From the NCBI RefSeq assembly GCF_042660085.1, contig NZ_JBHSTI010000008.1, forward strand, positions 1,539,876 through 1,571,875: 32,000 nucleotides of DNA. The letters are read 5' to 3'. The notes beneath the pieces are model-generated. The model searched no databases. It saw nothing but the letters and a program-made list of their open reading frames with translations, and was not told the DNA's origin. Each line of letters opens with the position of its first letter. Position 1 is the stretch's first letter. A program made the position numbers and the translations under genes. Below are positions 1 through 10,293 of this stretch, piece by piece. The DNA comes from Longivirga aurantiaca (GTDB lineage: Bacteria; Actinomycetota; Actinomycetes; S36-B12; CAIYMF01).

Positions 1-75
1 ATGCCGCCGTGGGGCCCCGACAAGATCACCGACGACGGCCGCGAGATGCTCCGCGCCCTCGGCTTCAACCTGTAG
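1..75 (+). CDS. C-terminal fragment of a CDS, possibly DUF59/SufT-like metal-sulfur cluster assembly factor
   Basis: Open frame from the window edge, ...MPPWGPDKITDDGREMLRALGFNL*, resembles the conserved C-terminus of actinobacterial DUF59 proteins. Only 24 codons are visible. Confidence 0.4.
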   Translation: MPPWGPDKITDDGREMLRALGFNL

Positions 76-127
76 CAGCGCCCCGACGCCCCTCGGCCGT
101 GTGGTCGGGGGGCGTCCGCGCGCCAAC

Positions 128-133
128 TAGAAT
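128..133 (+). promoter_or_regulatory. Putative -10 element (TAGAAT) upstream of ABC-F gene
   Basis: TAGAAT 9 nt before the GTG at 143; matches TANNNT. Confidence 0.45.
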
Positions 134-142
134 CCTGTTCTT

Positions 143-1747
<1,605 letters not shown>

Positions 1748-1819
1748 TCCACGACGGGCCTGGTGGCAGCGAACCTCGGCCGGGGTACCGTTGATCAAAC
1801 CCGGCACCAGGAGGCAGCG

Positions 1820-2050
1820 GTGGCAGATCTCGGCAAGGGTCGACGCGTCCAGGGCGGCGAGCGCGACAAGCTCAGCCACGACCTCAAGAAGAAGTACGTC
1901 GCCGGCGCCAGCATCCGCGAGCTCGCCGAGTCCACCGGCCGCTCCTACGGCTTCGTGCACCGGCTGCTGACGGAGTCGGGCGTGACGCTGCGCGGCCGCG
2001 GCGGCGCCACCCGTGGCAAGGCCAAGCAGAAGGCGAAGGCGCAGTCCTGA
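1820..2050 (+). CDS. Small helix-turn-helix domain protein
   Basis: GTG start after an AGGAGG-like RBS; VADLGKGRRVQGGERDKLSHDLKKKYVAGASIRELAESTGRSYGFVHRLLTESGV..., a typical small actinobacterial HTH protein with a basic tail. Confidence 0.8.
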   Translation: MADLGKGRRVQGGERDKLSHDLKKKYVAGASIRELAESTGRSYGFVHRLLTESGVTLRGRGGATRGKAKQKAKAQS

Positions 2051-2133
2051 ACGCCCCCGTCCCCGCCGAGGTCCTCGCGGCCGGCGGCGTCACCGTCTCC
2101 TGGTCCGGTCCTGGCGGCGAGCCCGTCGTCACG

Positions 2134-2847
2134 GTGATGCTCGATCGCGCCGAGAAGCGCAACGCGCAGACGCCCGCGACCTGGCGGGCGCTCGCCGCGG
2201 TCGGCGACCAGCTGCCCGACGGAACGCGGGTCGTGGTGCTGCGCGGCGCCGGTCCGGTGTTCAGCGCCGGCATCGACCTGCGGACGTTCACCCCGGAGGG
2301 CGTGGACGGCGAGCAGGTGGTCGCGCAGATCGCCGCGCTCGACGACCCGGGCGTGTCCGACCTCATCGCCGGCTTCCAACGGGCCTTCACCTGGTGGCAC
2401 GACCGCGACGACGTCATCACCGTGGCCGCCGTCCAGGGCGCTGCGGTCGGCGCCGGCTTCCAGCTGGCCCTCGCGTGCGACCTCCGGGTCTGCAGCACCG
2501 ACGCCCGCTTCGCGATGCGCGAGACGTCGCTCGGCCTCGTGCCCGACCTCGCGGGAACGCACCCGCTCGTGCGTGCCGTCGGCTACGGCCGCGCGCTCGA
2601 GCTGTGCGCCACCGGCCGCTGGCTGCCCGCGGACGAGGCGCAGGCGTGGGGCCTGGTCTCCGCCGTGGGGGACGACCTCGACACGCTGGTGGGCGCCACG
2701 GTGGCGGGGCTGCTGACCGCGCCCGAGACGGCGCTGCGGGCCACCAAGGGCGTGCTGCGGGCTGCCGTGACCCAGGACGCGGTCGCCCAGCGCCGCACCG
2801 AGCGCGAGGCCCAGATCGGGCTCCTCCGGGGCCTGCTCGGCGGCTGA
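2134..2847 (+). CDS. Enoyl-CoA hydratase/isomerase family protein (true start may be CTG at 2047)
   Basis: MLDRAEKRNAQTPATW..., FSAGIDLRTF, QGAAVGAGFQLALACDLRV are crotonase-fold motifs. Coding sense extends upstream of the first GTG/ATG to 2047. Confidence 0.88.
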   Translation: MMLDRAEKRNAQTPATWRALAAVGDQLPDGTRVVVLRGAGPVFSAGIDLRTFTPEGVDGEQVVAQIAALDDPGVSDLIAGFQRAFTWWHDRDDVITVAAVQGAAVGAGFQLALACDLRVCSTDARFAMRETSLGLVPDLAGTHPLVRAVGYGRALELCATGRWLPADEAQAWGLVSAVGDDLDTLVGATVAGLLTAPETALRATKGVLRAAVTQDAVAQRRTEREAQIGLLRGLLGG

Positions 2848-2915
2848 CCGTCTTCCGGACACGTGTCGCCCGTCCGTACGACGTGGCCCGCGCCGGGACG
2901 GGGGAGGATGGGCCG

Positions 2916-3716
2916 GTGACCCGCCGTCCGCGCCTCTGCGCCGCCCTCGCCGTCGCTGCGGCCGCTGTCACGGCGTTCGGGCTGCTGGGCGCGAGCGGGC
3001 CGGCGTCCGCGCAGGTGGTGGCACCGACCGCCGTCCCCCTGCCCGCGGACATCGGGCAGCTGCCGTCCACGGTGAAGCAGCTCGTGACGGTCGAGGGCGG
3101 CTACACGAGCACCTACGCCACCGTGACCGCGTGGGCACGGGTCAACGGCTCCTGGGTCGTGCGCATGCGCACCACCGGCCGTGTCGGCTACAGCGGGCTG
3201 TCCGACATGGGGGTGGGCATCCGTCGCCAGAGCGACGGGACCACCCCGACCGGCCTCTACAAGATCGGCTACGGCTTCGGCACGGGCAGCAACCCCGGCA
3301 CGAGCATGTGGTGGCGCCGCTTCGACCGCAACGACTACTGGTCCTTCGACGCCCGAGACCCCAAGACCTACAACGTGTTCCAGACCCAGCGCCCGGCAAC
3401 GGCGTACTGGCGCGCCTACTCGCCGTACTCCGAGCACCTGTACGACCTCGCGAGCGAGTACCAGTATGCCTTCCTCATCAACTTCAACCTGCCGAAGAGC
3501 AAGCCCTACCAGCGCGCCGACGGACAGTGGGTCACGTCGTCCCCGGCCAACACCGCGCGGGGCGGAGGGATCTTCCTGCACGTGAACGGGTCGGGAGCGA
3601 CCGCAGGCTGCGTCTCGGTGCCCCGGGACAGGATGCTCTGGCTCACGCGCTGGTTCGGGCCCGCGTACCAGCCGCACATCGCCATCGGCACCACCAGCCT
3701 CATCCGCAGCCTCTGA
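2916..3716 (+). CDS. Secreted L,D-transpeptidase (YkuD-like) family protein
   Basis: GTG start, N-terminal signal peptide (MTRRPRLCAALAVAAAAVTAFGLLGASGPASA), YkuD-like catalytic region GGGIFLHVNGSGATAGCVSVPR. Confidence 0.8.
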   Translation: MTRRPRLCAALAVAAAAVTAFGLLGASGPASAQVVAPTAVPLPADIGQLPSTVKQLVTVEGGYTSTYATVTAWARVNGSWVVRMRTTGRVGYSGLSDMGVGIRRQSDGTTPTGLYKIGYGFGTGSNPGTSMWWRRFDRNDYWSFDARDPKTYNVFQTQRPATAYWRAYSPYSEHLYDLASEYQYAFLINFNLPKSKPYQRADGQWVTSSPANTARGGGIFLHVNGSGATAGCVSVPRDRMLWLTRWFGPAYQPHIAIGTTSLIRSL

Positions 3717-3775
3717 CCCGGAGCCTCTGACCCGGAGCCTCTGACCCGGAGCCTCTGACCCGGAGCCTCTGACCC
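3708..3775 (+). repeat. 14-bp tandem repeat AGCCTCTGACCCGG, four perfect copies plus a 12-nt partial
   Basis: Copies at 3708-3721, 3722-3735, 3736-3749, 3750-3763, then AGCCTCTGACCC at 3764-3775. The first copy contains the stop codon of the preceding CDS. Confidence 0.97.
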
Positions 3776-3891
3776 CCGGGCGCGCCCGTCGGACGGGTCG
3801 GGAATGCTGACCTGCGGGAACAACGGCGCCATGCCACGGTGTTCTCGCTGGGCACGGCCGAACGGTCGAGCCAGGACCAGGAGGCCCACGC

Positions 3892-5772
3892 GTGTCGATG
3901 TCCGGCCAGCACATGGCATGGCGCTCGTACCGCCGCGACGACTCGGTGCTCAACAAGAAGCTGGCACCGGGCACGTTCCGCCGGATCGTCAGCTACGCAC
4001 GGCCGTACAAGGTCCTCGTCATCGGCTTCCTCATCACCCTGGTGATCGACGCGGTGCTCGTGGTGGCCCAGCCCCTGCTGTTCCGCCGGATCATCGACCA
4101 GGGCGTGACGCCCGGCGACGCCCAGGTCGTCACGACGACCGCGATCCTCATCGCGCTCATCGCCTTCTTCGACGCCGGTCTCACCCTCGTCGGTCGCTGG
4201 TACTCCTCCCGCATCGGCGAGGGCCTGATCTACGACCTGCGGACGCAGGTGTTCGACCACGTGCAGCGCATGCCCGTCGCCTTCTTCACCCGGGCCCAGA
4301 CCGGTGCCCTCGTCTCGCGCCTGAACAACGACGTGATCGGAGCGCAGCAGGCGTTCACCTCCACGCTCTCCGGCGTCGTCGGCAACATGATCAGCCTGGT
4401 CGCGGTCGTGGTCGCCATGCTGTTCCTGTCGTGGCAGATCACGGTGGCCTCGCTCATCCTGCTCCCGATCTTCCTCGTGCCCGCCCGCTGGATCGGCCGC
4501 ACGCTGCAGCAGATGACGCGAGAGCAGATGCAGCTCAACGCGGACATGTCCACGCAGATGACCGAGCGCTTCAACGTCGCCGGCGCCCTCCTGGTCAAGC
4601 TGTTCGGCCGCCCTGACGAGGAGGCTGCTGACTTCTCGGGCAAATCCGGACGCGTGCGCGACATCGGCGTGAAGATCGCCATGGCCAACCGCGTCTTCTT
4701 CACCGCGCTCGCCCTGGTGGCCTCGCTCGCCACGGCGCTCGTGTACGGCGTCGGCGGCAACCTCGTGATCAACGGCGTCCTCACGATCGGCACCCTGCTG
4801 GCCCTGGCGGCGCTGCTCGGCCGCCTGTACGGCCCGCTCACGGCGCTGTCGAACGTGCGCGTCGACGTCATGACCGCACTCGTCAGCTTCGAACGGGTCT
4901 TCGAGGTGCTCGACCTCGAGCCGATGGTGCAGGACGCGCCTGACGCCCGACCGCTCACGCCGGGCCCCGCCACCGTGCGCTTCGACCACGTGCGCTTCCG
5001 CTACCCGTCGGCCGACGAGGTGTCGCTCGCGTCGCTGGAGTCGATCGCGCGGCAGGACTCGTCACCCGTGCGCGACGACGTCCTGCGCGACGTCAGCTTC
5101 ACCGCGGAGCCCGGCCAGATGGTCGCTCTCGTCGGCCCTTCGGGCGCCGGCAAGACGACCATCACCGCGCTCGTCTCCCGCCTGTACGACGTCACCGAGG
5201 GGTCGGTGTCGGTCAACGGTCAGGACGTCCGCGAGGTCACGCAGGAGTCGCTGCACGCGCTGGTCGGCGTCGTCACGCAGGACGCGCACATGTTCCACGA
5301 CACGATCCGCGCCAACCTCCTCTACGCGCGCCCCGGCTCCACCGACGAGGAGCTGCACGCCGCCCTCGCCGACGCCCAGGTGCTCGGCCTGGTGCAGGCC
5401 CTCCCGGACGGGCTCGACACCGTCGTGGGCGACCGCGGCTACCGCCTGTCGGGCGGGGAGAAGCAGCGCATGGCGATCGCGCGGCTGCTGCTCAAGGCGC
5501 CGGACGTCGTCGTCCTCGACGAGGCCACCGCACACCTCGACAGCGAGTCGGAGGTGGCTGTCCAGGAGGCCCTCGCGCACGCGCTGCAGGGCCGCACCTC
5601 GCTGGTCATCGCGCACCGCCTCTCGACCATCCGCGAGGCCGACAAGATCCTCGTGATCGTCGACGGCCGCGTCGCCGAGGAGGGCCGCCACGACGAGTTG
5701 CTCGCAGCCGGCGGCACCTACGCCGACCTCTACCGCACGCAGTTCGCCACGCAGGAGACCGCGCCCGCCTGA
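3892..5772 (+). CDS. ABC transporter, fused permease/ATP-binding exporter half-transporter
   Basis: 626 aa; N-terminal TM domain, then GPSGAGKTT, LSGGEKQRMAIARLLL, VVVLDEATAHLD, and H-loop VIAHRLSTI. Confidence 0.95.
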   Translation: MSMSGQHMAWRSYRRDDSVLNKKLAPGTFRRIVSYARPYKVLVIGFLITLVIDAVLVVAQPLLFRRIIDQGVTPGDAQVVTTTAILIALIAFFDAGLTLVGRWYSSRIGEGLIYDLRTQVFDHVQRMPVAFFTRAQTGALVSRLNNDVIGAQQAFTSTLSGVVGNMISLVAVVVAMLFLSWQITVASLILLPIFLVPARWIGRTLQQMTREQMQLNADMSTQMTERFNVAGALLVKLFGRPDEEAADFSGKSGRVRDIGVKIAMANRVFFTALALVASLATALVYGVGGNLVINGVLTIGTLLALAALLGRLYGPLTALSNVRVDVMTALVSFERVFEVLDLEPMVQDAPDARPLTPGPATVRFDHVRFRYPSADEVSLASLESIARQDSSPVRDDVLRDVSFTAEPGQMVALVGPSGAGKTTITALVSRLYDVTEGSVSVNGQDVREVTQESLHALVGVVTQDAHMFHDTIRANLLYARPGSTDEELHAALADAQVLGLVQALPDGLDTVVGDRGYRLSGGEKQRMAIARLLLKAPDVVVLDEATAHLDSESEVAVQEALAHALQGRTSLVIAHRLSTIREADKILVIVDGRVAEEGRHDELLAAGGTYADLYRTQFATQETAPA

Positions 5773-5783
5773 GGCGCGCCCTC

Positions 5784-6407
5784 CTAGCTGCTCAGAGCGA
5801 GGATGACCGCCGCCATCACGGTCTTGGTGTCCTTGGCCGACGCCGTGGCGAGCAGGTACACGGAGTCTCCGTACGCCCACGCCATGGCGTACAGCGGGGG
5901 CGCGCCCTTGCGGGTGGTCTTCCATACCGTCTCGCCCGACACGGTCGCCTTGTCCGCACGCTTCAGCATGGCGAAGCCGGCGGCCGCATCGATCGCCGCA
6001 TTGCGCGCCTCGGTGGCGGTGAAGTCCCGCTCCGCGCGCAGCATGGTGATCACGCCGCCCACCTCGCCGTCGGCCGCGATGGCGCGCACCACGGCACCCT
6101 CCATGCGCGGGTCGTCGTCGGAGGCGCCGCCCATCTGCTTCAGCAGCGCGTCGTCGTCGATCCCGTCGGAGACGTACTCGAAGCCGTCGATCTGCGGCAG
6201 GTCGGAGTCCGGGATGGTGGTGATCGACGGAGCCGGGCTGCTGCTCGCAGAGGCGGTCGGCGACGCGCTGGTCGGGGTCGGCGCTGCACTGGACGTGGTG
6301 CTGGAGGTCGGTGCGCCGGTCGCGCCGCCGTCGCTCGACGACGCCCCGCAGCCGGCGAGGACGAGGCTGACGGCCAGTGCGCAGGCAGGCAGGACAGGGG
6401 ACTTCAT
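5784..6407 (-). CDS. Putative lipoprotein with Ser/Thr/Ala/Pro-rich linker
   Basis: MKSPVLPACALAVSLVLAGCGASSS: lipobox LAGC, followed by a low-complexity linker and a globular C-terminal part. Confidence 0.85.
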   Translation of the reverse strand: MKSPVLPACALAVSLVLAGCGASSSDGGATGAPTSSTTSSAAPTPTSASPTASASSSPAPSITTIPDSDLPQIDGFEYVSDGIDDDALLKQMGGASDDDPRMEGAVVRAIAADGEVGGVITMLRAERDFTATEARNAAIDAAAGFAMLKRADKATVSGETVWKTTRKGAPPLYAMAWAYGDSVYLLATASAKDTKTVMAAVILALSS

Positions 6408-6425
6408 GGTTCCCCCGGAGAGTGA

Positions 6426-6779
6426 TCAGGCCGCGCGTTCGGCGGCCAGTGCTCGGACGATGCGGCGTACCAGCTCGAGGTCGATGCCGTCCTTCAGGAC
6501 CAGCTTGGTGGTGCCGCGCCCGGACGAGAGCGGCGCGAGCTCCTCGACCAGCTCCGGCGGCGATGCCGGGGTCGGATAGATGCTCACGTGCTTCGCCCAG
6601 CCGGCGACATGGACGACGGTGGAGCCGTCGAGGTCGAAGGTCGGCATGCCGTAGCTGATGCGCTCGGTGGCACCGGGGAGCACCTCGTGCACCACGGCAC
6701 GGATGTCCTGCAGGGCGGCGCGGACGGCATCGGGCTGCGCAGCCAGGTAGTCGTCGATCGTGCCGGGGGTGGCGGGCAT
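6426..6779 (-). CDS. DUF1801 domain-containing protein (YdhG-like)
   Basis: TIDDYLAAQPDAVRAALQDIRAVVHEVLPGATERISYGMPTFDLDGSTVVHVAGWAKHVSIYP is typical of this family. Confidence 0.85.
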   Translation of the reverse strand: MPATPGTIDDYLAAQPDAVRAALQDIRAVVHEVLPGATERISYGMPTFDLDGSTVVHVAGWAKHVSIYPTPASPPELVEELAPLSSGRGTTKLVLKDGIDLELVRRIVRALAAERAA

Positions 6780-6800
6780 CGTCCGAGTATGGACGTGCGG

Positions 6801-7583
6801 CTACAGGCTTCGCAGCATTCCGCCGTCGACCGGGACGAGGCTCCCGGAGACGTACGAGGCGGCGGGGGAGAGCAGGAACGCGGCCACCCTGCCGAGCTCG
6901 TCGGGCTCGCCGTAGCGGCCGAGCGGGATCGCGGCCTCGTTGCGACGACGCACCATGTCGGGCGCACCCAGGCGGGCGTCGACCGCGAACATGCGGTCGG
7001 TCGCGAGACGGCCGGGAAGGATCCCGTTGACGCGGATGCCGCGCGGGCCGAGCTCGTCCGCGAGGTCCTTGACCATCATCGCGAGGCCGGGTCGGAGGCC
7101 GTTGCTCGTGGTGAGACCCGGGACGATCTCGCGGGCGGACGACGACAGGATCAGTGCGATCGAGCCGCCGGCGCCGGCGACGTTGTGGGGCTCGGGGCTC
7201 ATCGCGTTCGCGGTCGCCCGGGCCACGCGCAGAGCGCCGAGGAAGACGGTCTCGAACGAGATCCGCCACGTCTCGTCGTCCGTGGTCATCGGCGTACCGG
7301 CGGCGGGACCGCCGACGCTGATCAGGGCGCCGTCGAGGCGGCCGAAGCGGGCTACCGCGGCGGCCACGACCCGCTCTGCCGAGGCGCTGTCGGCCAGGTC
7401 CGCGGGCACTCCCACGGCAGACGACGAGCCGAGCTCGGCGATCGCCTCGTCGATGCCCTGCTGGTCGCGCGCGCAGATCACGACCTGGGCGCCCTCGGCG
7501 ACGAGGGCCCGCGCGGAGGCGAGCCCGAGGCCGCGAGAGCCCCCGGTGACGACGAACACGCGGTCGTGAAGTCCCAGGTCCAT
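6801..7583 (-). CDS. SDR family oxidoreductase
   Basis: VTGGSRGLGLASARALVAEGA (TGxxxGxG) and C-terminal ASYVSGSLVPVDGGMLRSL. The canonical YxxxK catalytic motif is not obvious. Confidence 0.88.
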   Translation of the reverse strand: MDLGLHDRVFVVTGGSRGLGLASARALVAEGAQVVICARDQQGIDEAIAELGSSSAVGVPADLADSASAERVVAAAVARFGRLDGALISVGGPAAGTPMTTDDETWRISFETVFLGALRVARATANAMSPEPHNVAGAGGSIALILSSSAREIVPGLTTSNGLRPGLAMMVKDLADELGPRGIRVNGILPGRLATDRMFAVDARLGAPDMVRRRNEAAIPLGRYGEPDELGRVAAFLLSPAASYVSGSLVPVDGGMLRSL

Positions 7584-7699
7584 GTCCGCAGTCTGCCCCG
7601 GTATCGGGCCGTCGGCACCGTGCCACGCGGCCGAACGGGTGACTAGTCGTCGCTTTGCGCTACGGCGCGGCCCCAGGAAGTGGACGCAGAGTCACCGGT

Positions 7700-8506
7700 T
7701 CAGTCGATGGACCCGGTCGGCTGCGGGGGTCCTGTCGGTGTGCCGTCGGTCGCGAGGGCGGCCTCGGCCGCCGCGTACTCCGACTCACGACGGATCAGGA
7801 GCACGAACCCGACGACCGCGACACCGGCGAAGAACACCCACTGCACGGCGTACGACAGGTGCGGGCCGTCGGACAGGTCCGGGAGGGGGATCGGGCGCAG
7901 ATCGGCGCTGTCGGCGGGGGAGGACTCCACCAGGGTCACGTAGCCGGGGTACGCCGACGCGCCGCCCGCCACCAGGGGCACGGACAGGTCGGTGATCTGT
8001 CCCGCAGGGAGGTCGCCGGGCTGGACGTCGGGGGCGGCCTCCGACGGCTGGAGCCGCCCGGTGAGCGTGATCTCGCCCGTAGGCGGCGCCGGCACGGCCT
8101 GGGCGGCGCTGGCCGATCCGTCAGCCGCGATCCAGCCGCGGTTCACCACGAGCACCGACCCGGAGCTGGTCACCAGCGGGGTCACCACCCAGAAGCCGTT
8201 CTTGCCCTCGAGCGGCCGCTTGCGCACCAGGACGGTCGAGCCGGCGTCGTACCGCCCGGTGGCGGTGACGGGGAACCAGCGCTGGTCGTCCCCGACGGCA
8301 TCGAGCGGGTCGCCGGCACGCATGACCGAGTCGACCGGGACGGGCGCCGCGGCGCTGTGCGTGGTGACCAGGTCGTTGAAGTACCGGCGGTCGTCGAGCC
8401 GGCTCAGCTGCCAGCGCGACAGCAGGATGAACGAGGGCAGCACGAGCAGTACGAGGAAGCCGAGGGCCAGCCACCGCGGCTGGCGCAGGAACGCGTATCT
8501 GCCCAC
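7700..8506 (-). CDS. SURF1 family protein
   Basis: MGRYAFLRQPRWLALGFLVLLVLPSFILLSRWQLSRLDDRRYFN; VLVVNRGWI; C-terminal YAVQWVFFAGVAVVGF. Confidence 0.9.
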   Translation of the reverse strand: MGRYAFLRQPRWLALGFLVLLVLPSFILLSRWQLSRLDDRRYFNDLVTTHSAAAPVPVDSVMRAGDPLDAVGDDQRWFPVTATGRYDAGSTVLVRKRPLEGKNGFWVVTPLVTSSGSVLVVNRGWIAADGSASAAQAVPAPPTGEITLTGRLQPSEAAPDVQPGDLPAGQITDLSVPLVAGGASAYPGYVTLVESSPADSADLRPIPLPDLSDGPHLSYAVQWVFFAGVAVVGFVLLIRRESEYAAAEAALATDGTPTGPPQPTGSID

Positions 8507-8562
8507 GTCCAGAGCCTAAGCGGCGAAGCCCGTGTCCTCATCCGCGGGATCGGCGAGGCGGT

Positions 8563-8603
8563 GGCTCCGCAGGTGCGGAGGGCTCGTCACCCACTGCGGA
8601 GCC
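8563..8603. repeat. Inverted repeat in the surf1/moaA divergent intergenic region
   Basis: GGCTCCGCAG (8563-8572) and CTGCGGAGCC (8594-8603), perfect 10-bp arms; an overlapping alternative hairpin is CTCCGCA-gg-TGCGGAG (8565-8580). Confidence 0.9.
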
Positions 8604-8642
8604 GGGAGGGCGGTACGGCCCACGGGCACCTAGTCTGACCGC

Positions 8643-9641
8643 ATGCGTCTCGTCGACGGGTTCGGACGGGTGGCCACGGACCTCCGTGTGTCGCTCACCG
8701 ACCGCTGCAACCTGCGGTGCACCTACTGCATGCCCGCCGAGGGCCTGCCCTGGCTGCCGAGCGACACGCTGCTGACCGACGACGAGCTCGTGCGCGTCAT
8801 CCGCGTCGCCGTCGACCTCGGGGTGACCGACATCCGGTTCACCGGCGGGGAGCCGCTGCTGCGGCCGAGCCTGCCGCGCATCGTGCGCGACATCGCCGCC
8901 CATCCGTCGTCGCCGCGCATGTCGCTGACCACCAACGGGATCGGGCTGGCCGCCGTCGCCGCCGACCTGAAGGAGGCGGGCCTGCACCGGGTCAACGTCT
9001 CGCTCGACACGCTCGACGCCGACCGGTTCAAGGAGCTCACCCGGCGCCCCCGGATCGACGACGTGTTCCGCGGGCTCGAGGCCGCCGCGGCAGCCGGTCT
9101 CACCCCCGTGAAGGTCAACGCCGTGCTCATGCGCGGAGTCAACGACGTCGAGGCCGTCGACCTGCTCACCTTCTGCCTCGAGCGCGGCTACGAGCTGCGG
9201 TTCATCGAGCAGATGCCGCTCGACGCCCAGCACGCCTGGACCCGCGCCGAGATGATCGCCGCCGACGAGATCCTGGCGCTGCTGGCGACCACCTACGACC
9301 TCGTGGCCGATGACGTGCCCCGGGGCAGCCAGCCCGCCGAGAAGTTCCGCGTGCGCTCCCTCGACGGCGCCGACCTCGGCACCGTAGGGATCATCGGCTC
9401 GGTGACGCGGCCCTTCTGCGCGGCGTGCGACCGGGTCCGCCTCACGGCCGACGGCGCGGTGCGCAACTGCCTGTTCGCCCGCGACGAGCACCCGATCCGC
9501 GACATCGTCCGCAACGGCGGCACCGACGAGGACATCGCCGCGGTGTTCCTCGGCGCGATGGCCGTGAAGAAGGCGGGGCACGGAATCGGCGACCCCGGGT
9601 TCGTCCAGCCCGACCGGCCGATGTCCGCGATCGGCGGCTGA
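8643..9641 (+). CDS. moaA: GTP 3',8-cyclase MoaA
   Basis: Radical SAM CNLRCTYC motif, DIRFTGGEPLL, C-terminal CAACDRVRLTADGAVRNCLF, i.e. the second Fe-S cluster region. Confidence 0.95.
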   Translation: MRLVDGFGRVATDLRVSLTDRCNLRCTYCMPAEGLPWLPSDTLLTDDELVRVIRVAVDLGVTDIRFTGGEPLLRPSLPRIVRDIAAHPSSPRMSLTTNGIGLAAVAADLKEAGLHRVNVSLDTLDADRFKELTRRPRIDDVFRGLEAAAAAGLTPVKVNAVLMRGVNDVEAVDLLTFCLERGYELRFIEQMPLDAQHAWTRAEMIAADEILALLATTYDLVADDVPRGSQPAEKFRVRSLDGADLGTVGIIGSVTRPFCAACDRVRLTADGAVRNCLFARDEHPIRDIVRNGGTDEDIAAVFLGAMAVKKAGHGIGDPGFVQPDRPMSAIGG

Positions 9642-9648
9642 GCGCCGC

Positions 9649-9921
9649 TCAGGAGCTGCCGCGGCCGAGCATCCGGCGCGTCGGCTTCATCGCGACCGTG
9701 AACCCCTCGCGGTCGCTGCGCTCGCGCCCGGCGTTCGCCATGATCACAGCGACGTACGGCAGGAAGACGGCGCCCGCTACCAGGAACCAGCGCCAGGGCG
9801 AGGGAGCGATCACCGCACCGACGAAGCAGGCCGTGCGGATGCCCATCGACCACAGGTAGCGGCGGGTGCGGCCCGACTGGTCGTCCGAGAGCCCGGCGCC
9901 CGCATCGGTGATGCGGTGCAC
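9649..9921 (-). CDS. DUF3099 domain-containing small membrane protein
   Basis: VHRITDAGAGLSDDQSGRTRRYLWSMGIRTACFVGAVIAPSPWRWFLVAGAVFLPYVAVIMANAGRE is typical of the family; two TM helices. Confidence 0.8.
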   Translation of the reverse strand: MHRITDAGAGLSDDQSGRTRRYLWSMGIRTACFVGAVIAPSPWRWFLVAGAVFLPYVAVIMANAGRERSDREGFTVAMKPTRRMLGRGSS

Positions 9922-10080
9922 CTCCTCGCGGGCGGGCTTGTCCAGCACCCGCCTACCGTACGGCCGACACGAGGGCCCGGCATCCGGTGGCCCGGGCGGA
10001 TCGGACGTGATCCGTGCCGCACCGCGGAACCTCGACGTCCCGCCTGACCACCGGAGGGGCGGCTGCGGCAGGATGCGGGC

Positions 10081-10293
10081 ATGAGCAACCGCACCTACCG
10101 CGTCACCGAGATCGTCGGCACCTCCACCGAAGGGCTCGAGGACGCCATCCGCAACGGCCTCGGCCGGGCGTCGCAGACGCTGCGCCACCTCGACTGGTTC
10201 GAGGTCACCGAGATCCGCGGCCAGCTGCGCGAGGGCAACGTCGAGCACTTCCAGGTGGGCATGAAGGTCGGGTTCCGCCTCGAGGACGCGTGA
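10081..10293 (+). CDS. Dodecin family protein
   Basis: 70 aa; MSNRTYRVTEIVGTSTEGLEDAIRNGLGRASQTLRHLDWFEVTEIRGQL..., a dodecin signature. Confidence 0.93.
   Translation: MSNRTYRVTEIVGTSTEGLEDAIRNGLGRASQTLRHLDWFEVTEIRGQLREGNVEHFQVGMKVGFRLEDA

Noticed and set aside
1776-1812. GCCGGG/CCCGGC dyad with inner TTGATCAA before the HTH gene
   Set aside because: Short arms with a long loop; insufficient to claim a regulatory site, although the AT-rich core is mildly suggestive.
2013-3716. 567-aa plus-strand ORF treated as a single protein
   Set aside because: Only the part from GTG 2916 encodes a sensible signal peptide and transpeptidase; the upstream portion is out-of-frame read-through over the enoyl-CoA hydratase gene.
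6200-6340. Ser/Thr/Ala/Pro-rich repetitive coding segment in the lipoprotein
   Set aside because: Common low-complexity linker after the lipobox in actinobacterial lipoproteins; no exact DNA repeat unit.
7638-7696. GGTGACT ... AGTCACC inverted pair between the SDR and SURF1 genes
   Set aside because: Only 7 bp with a 45-nt loop; easily expected by chance in GC-rich DNA.
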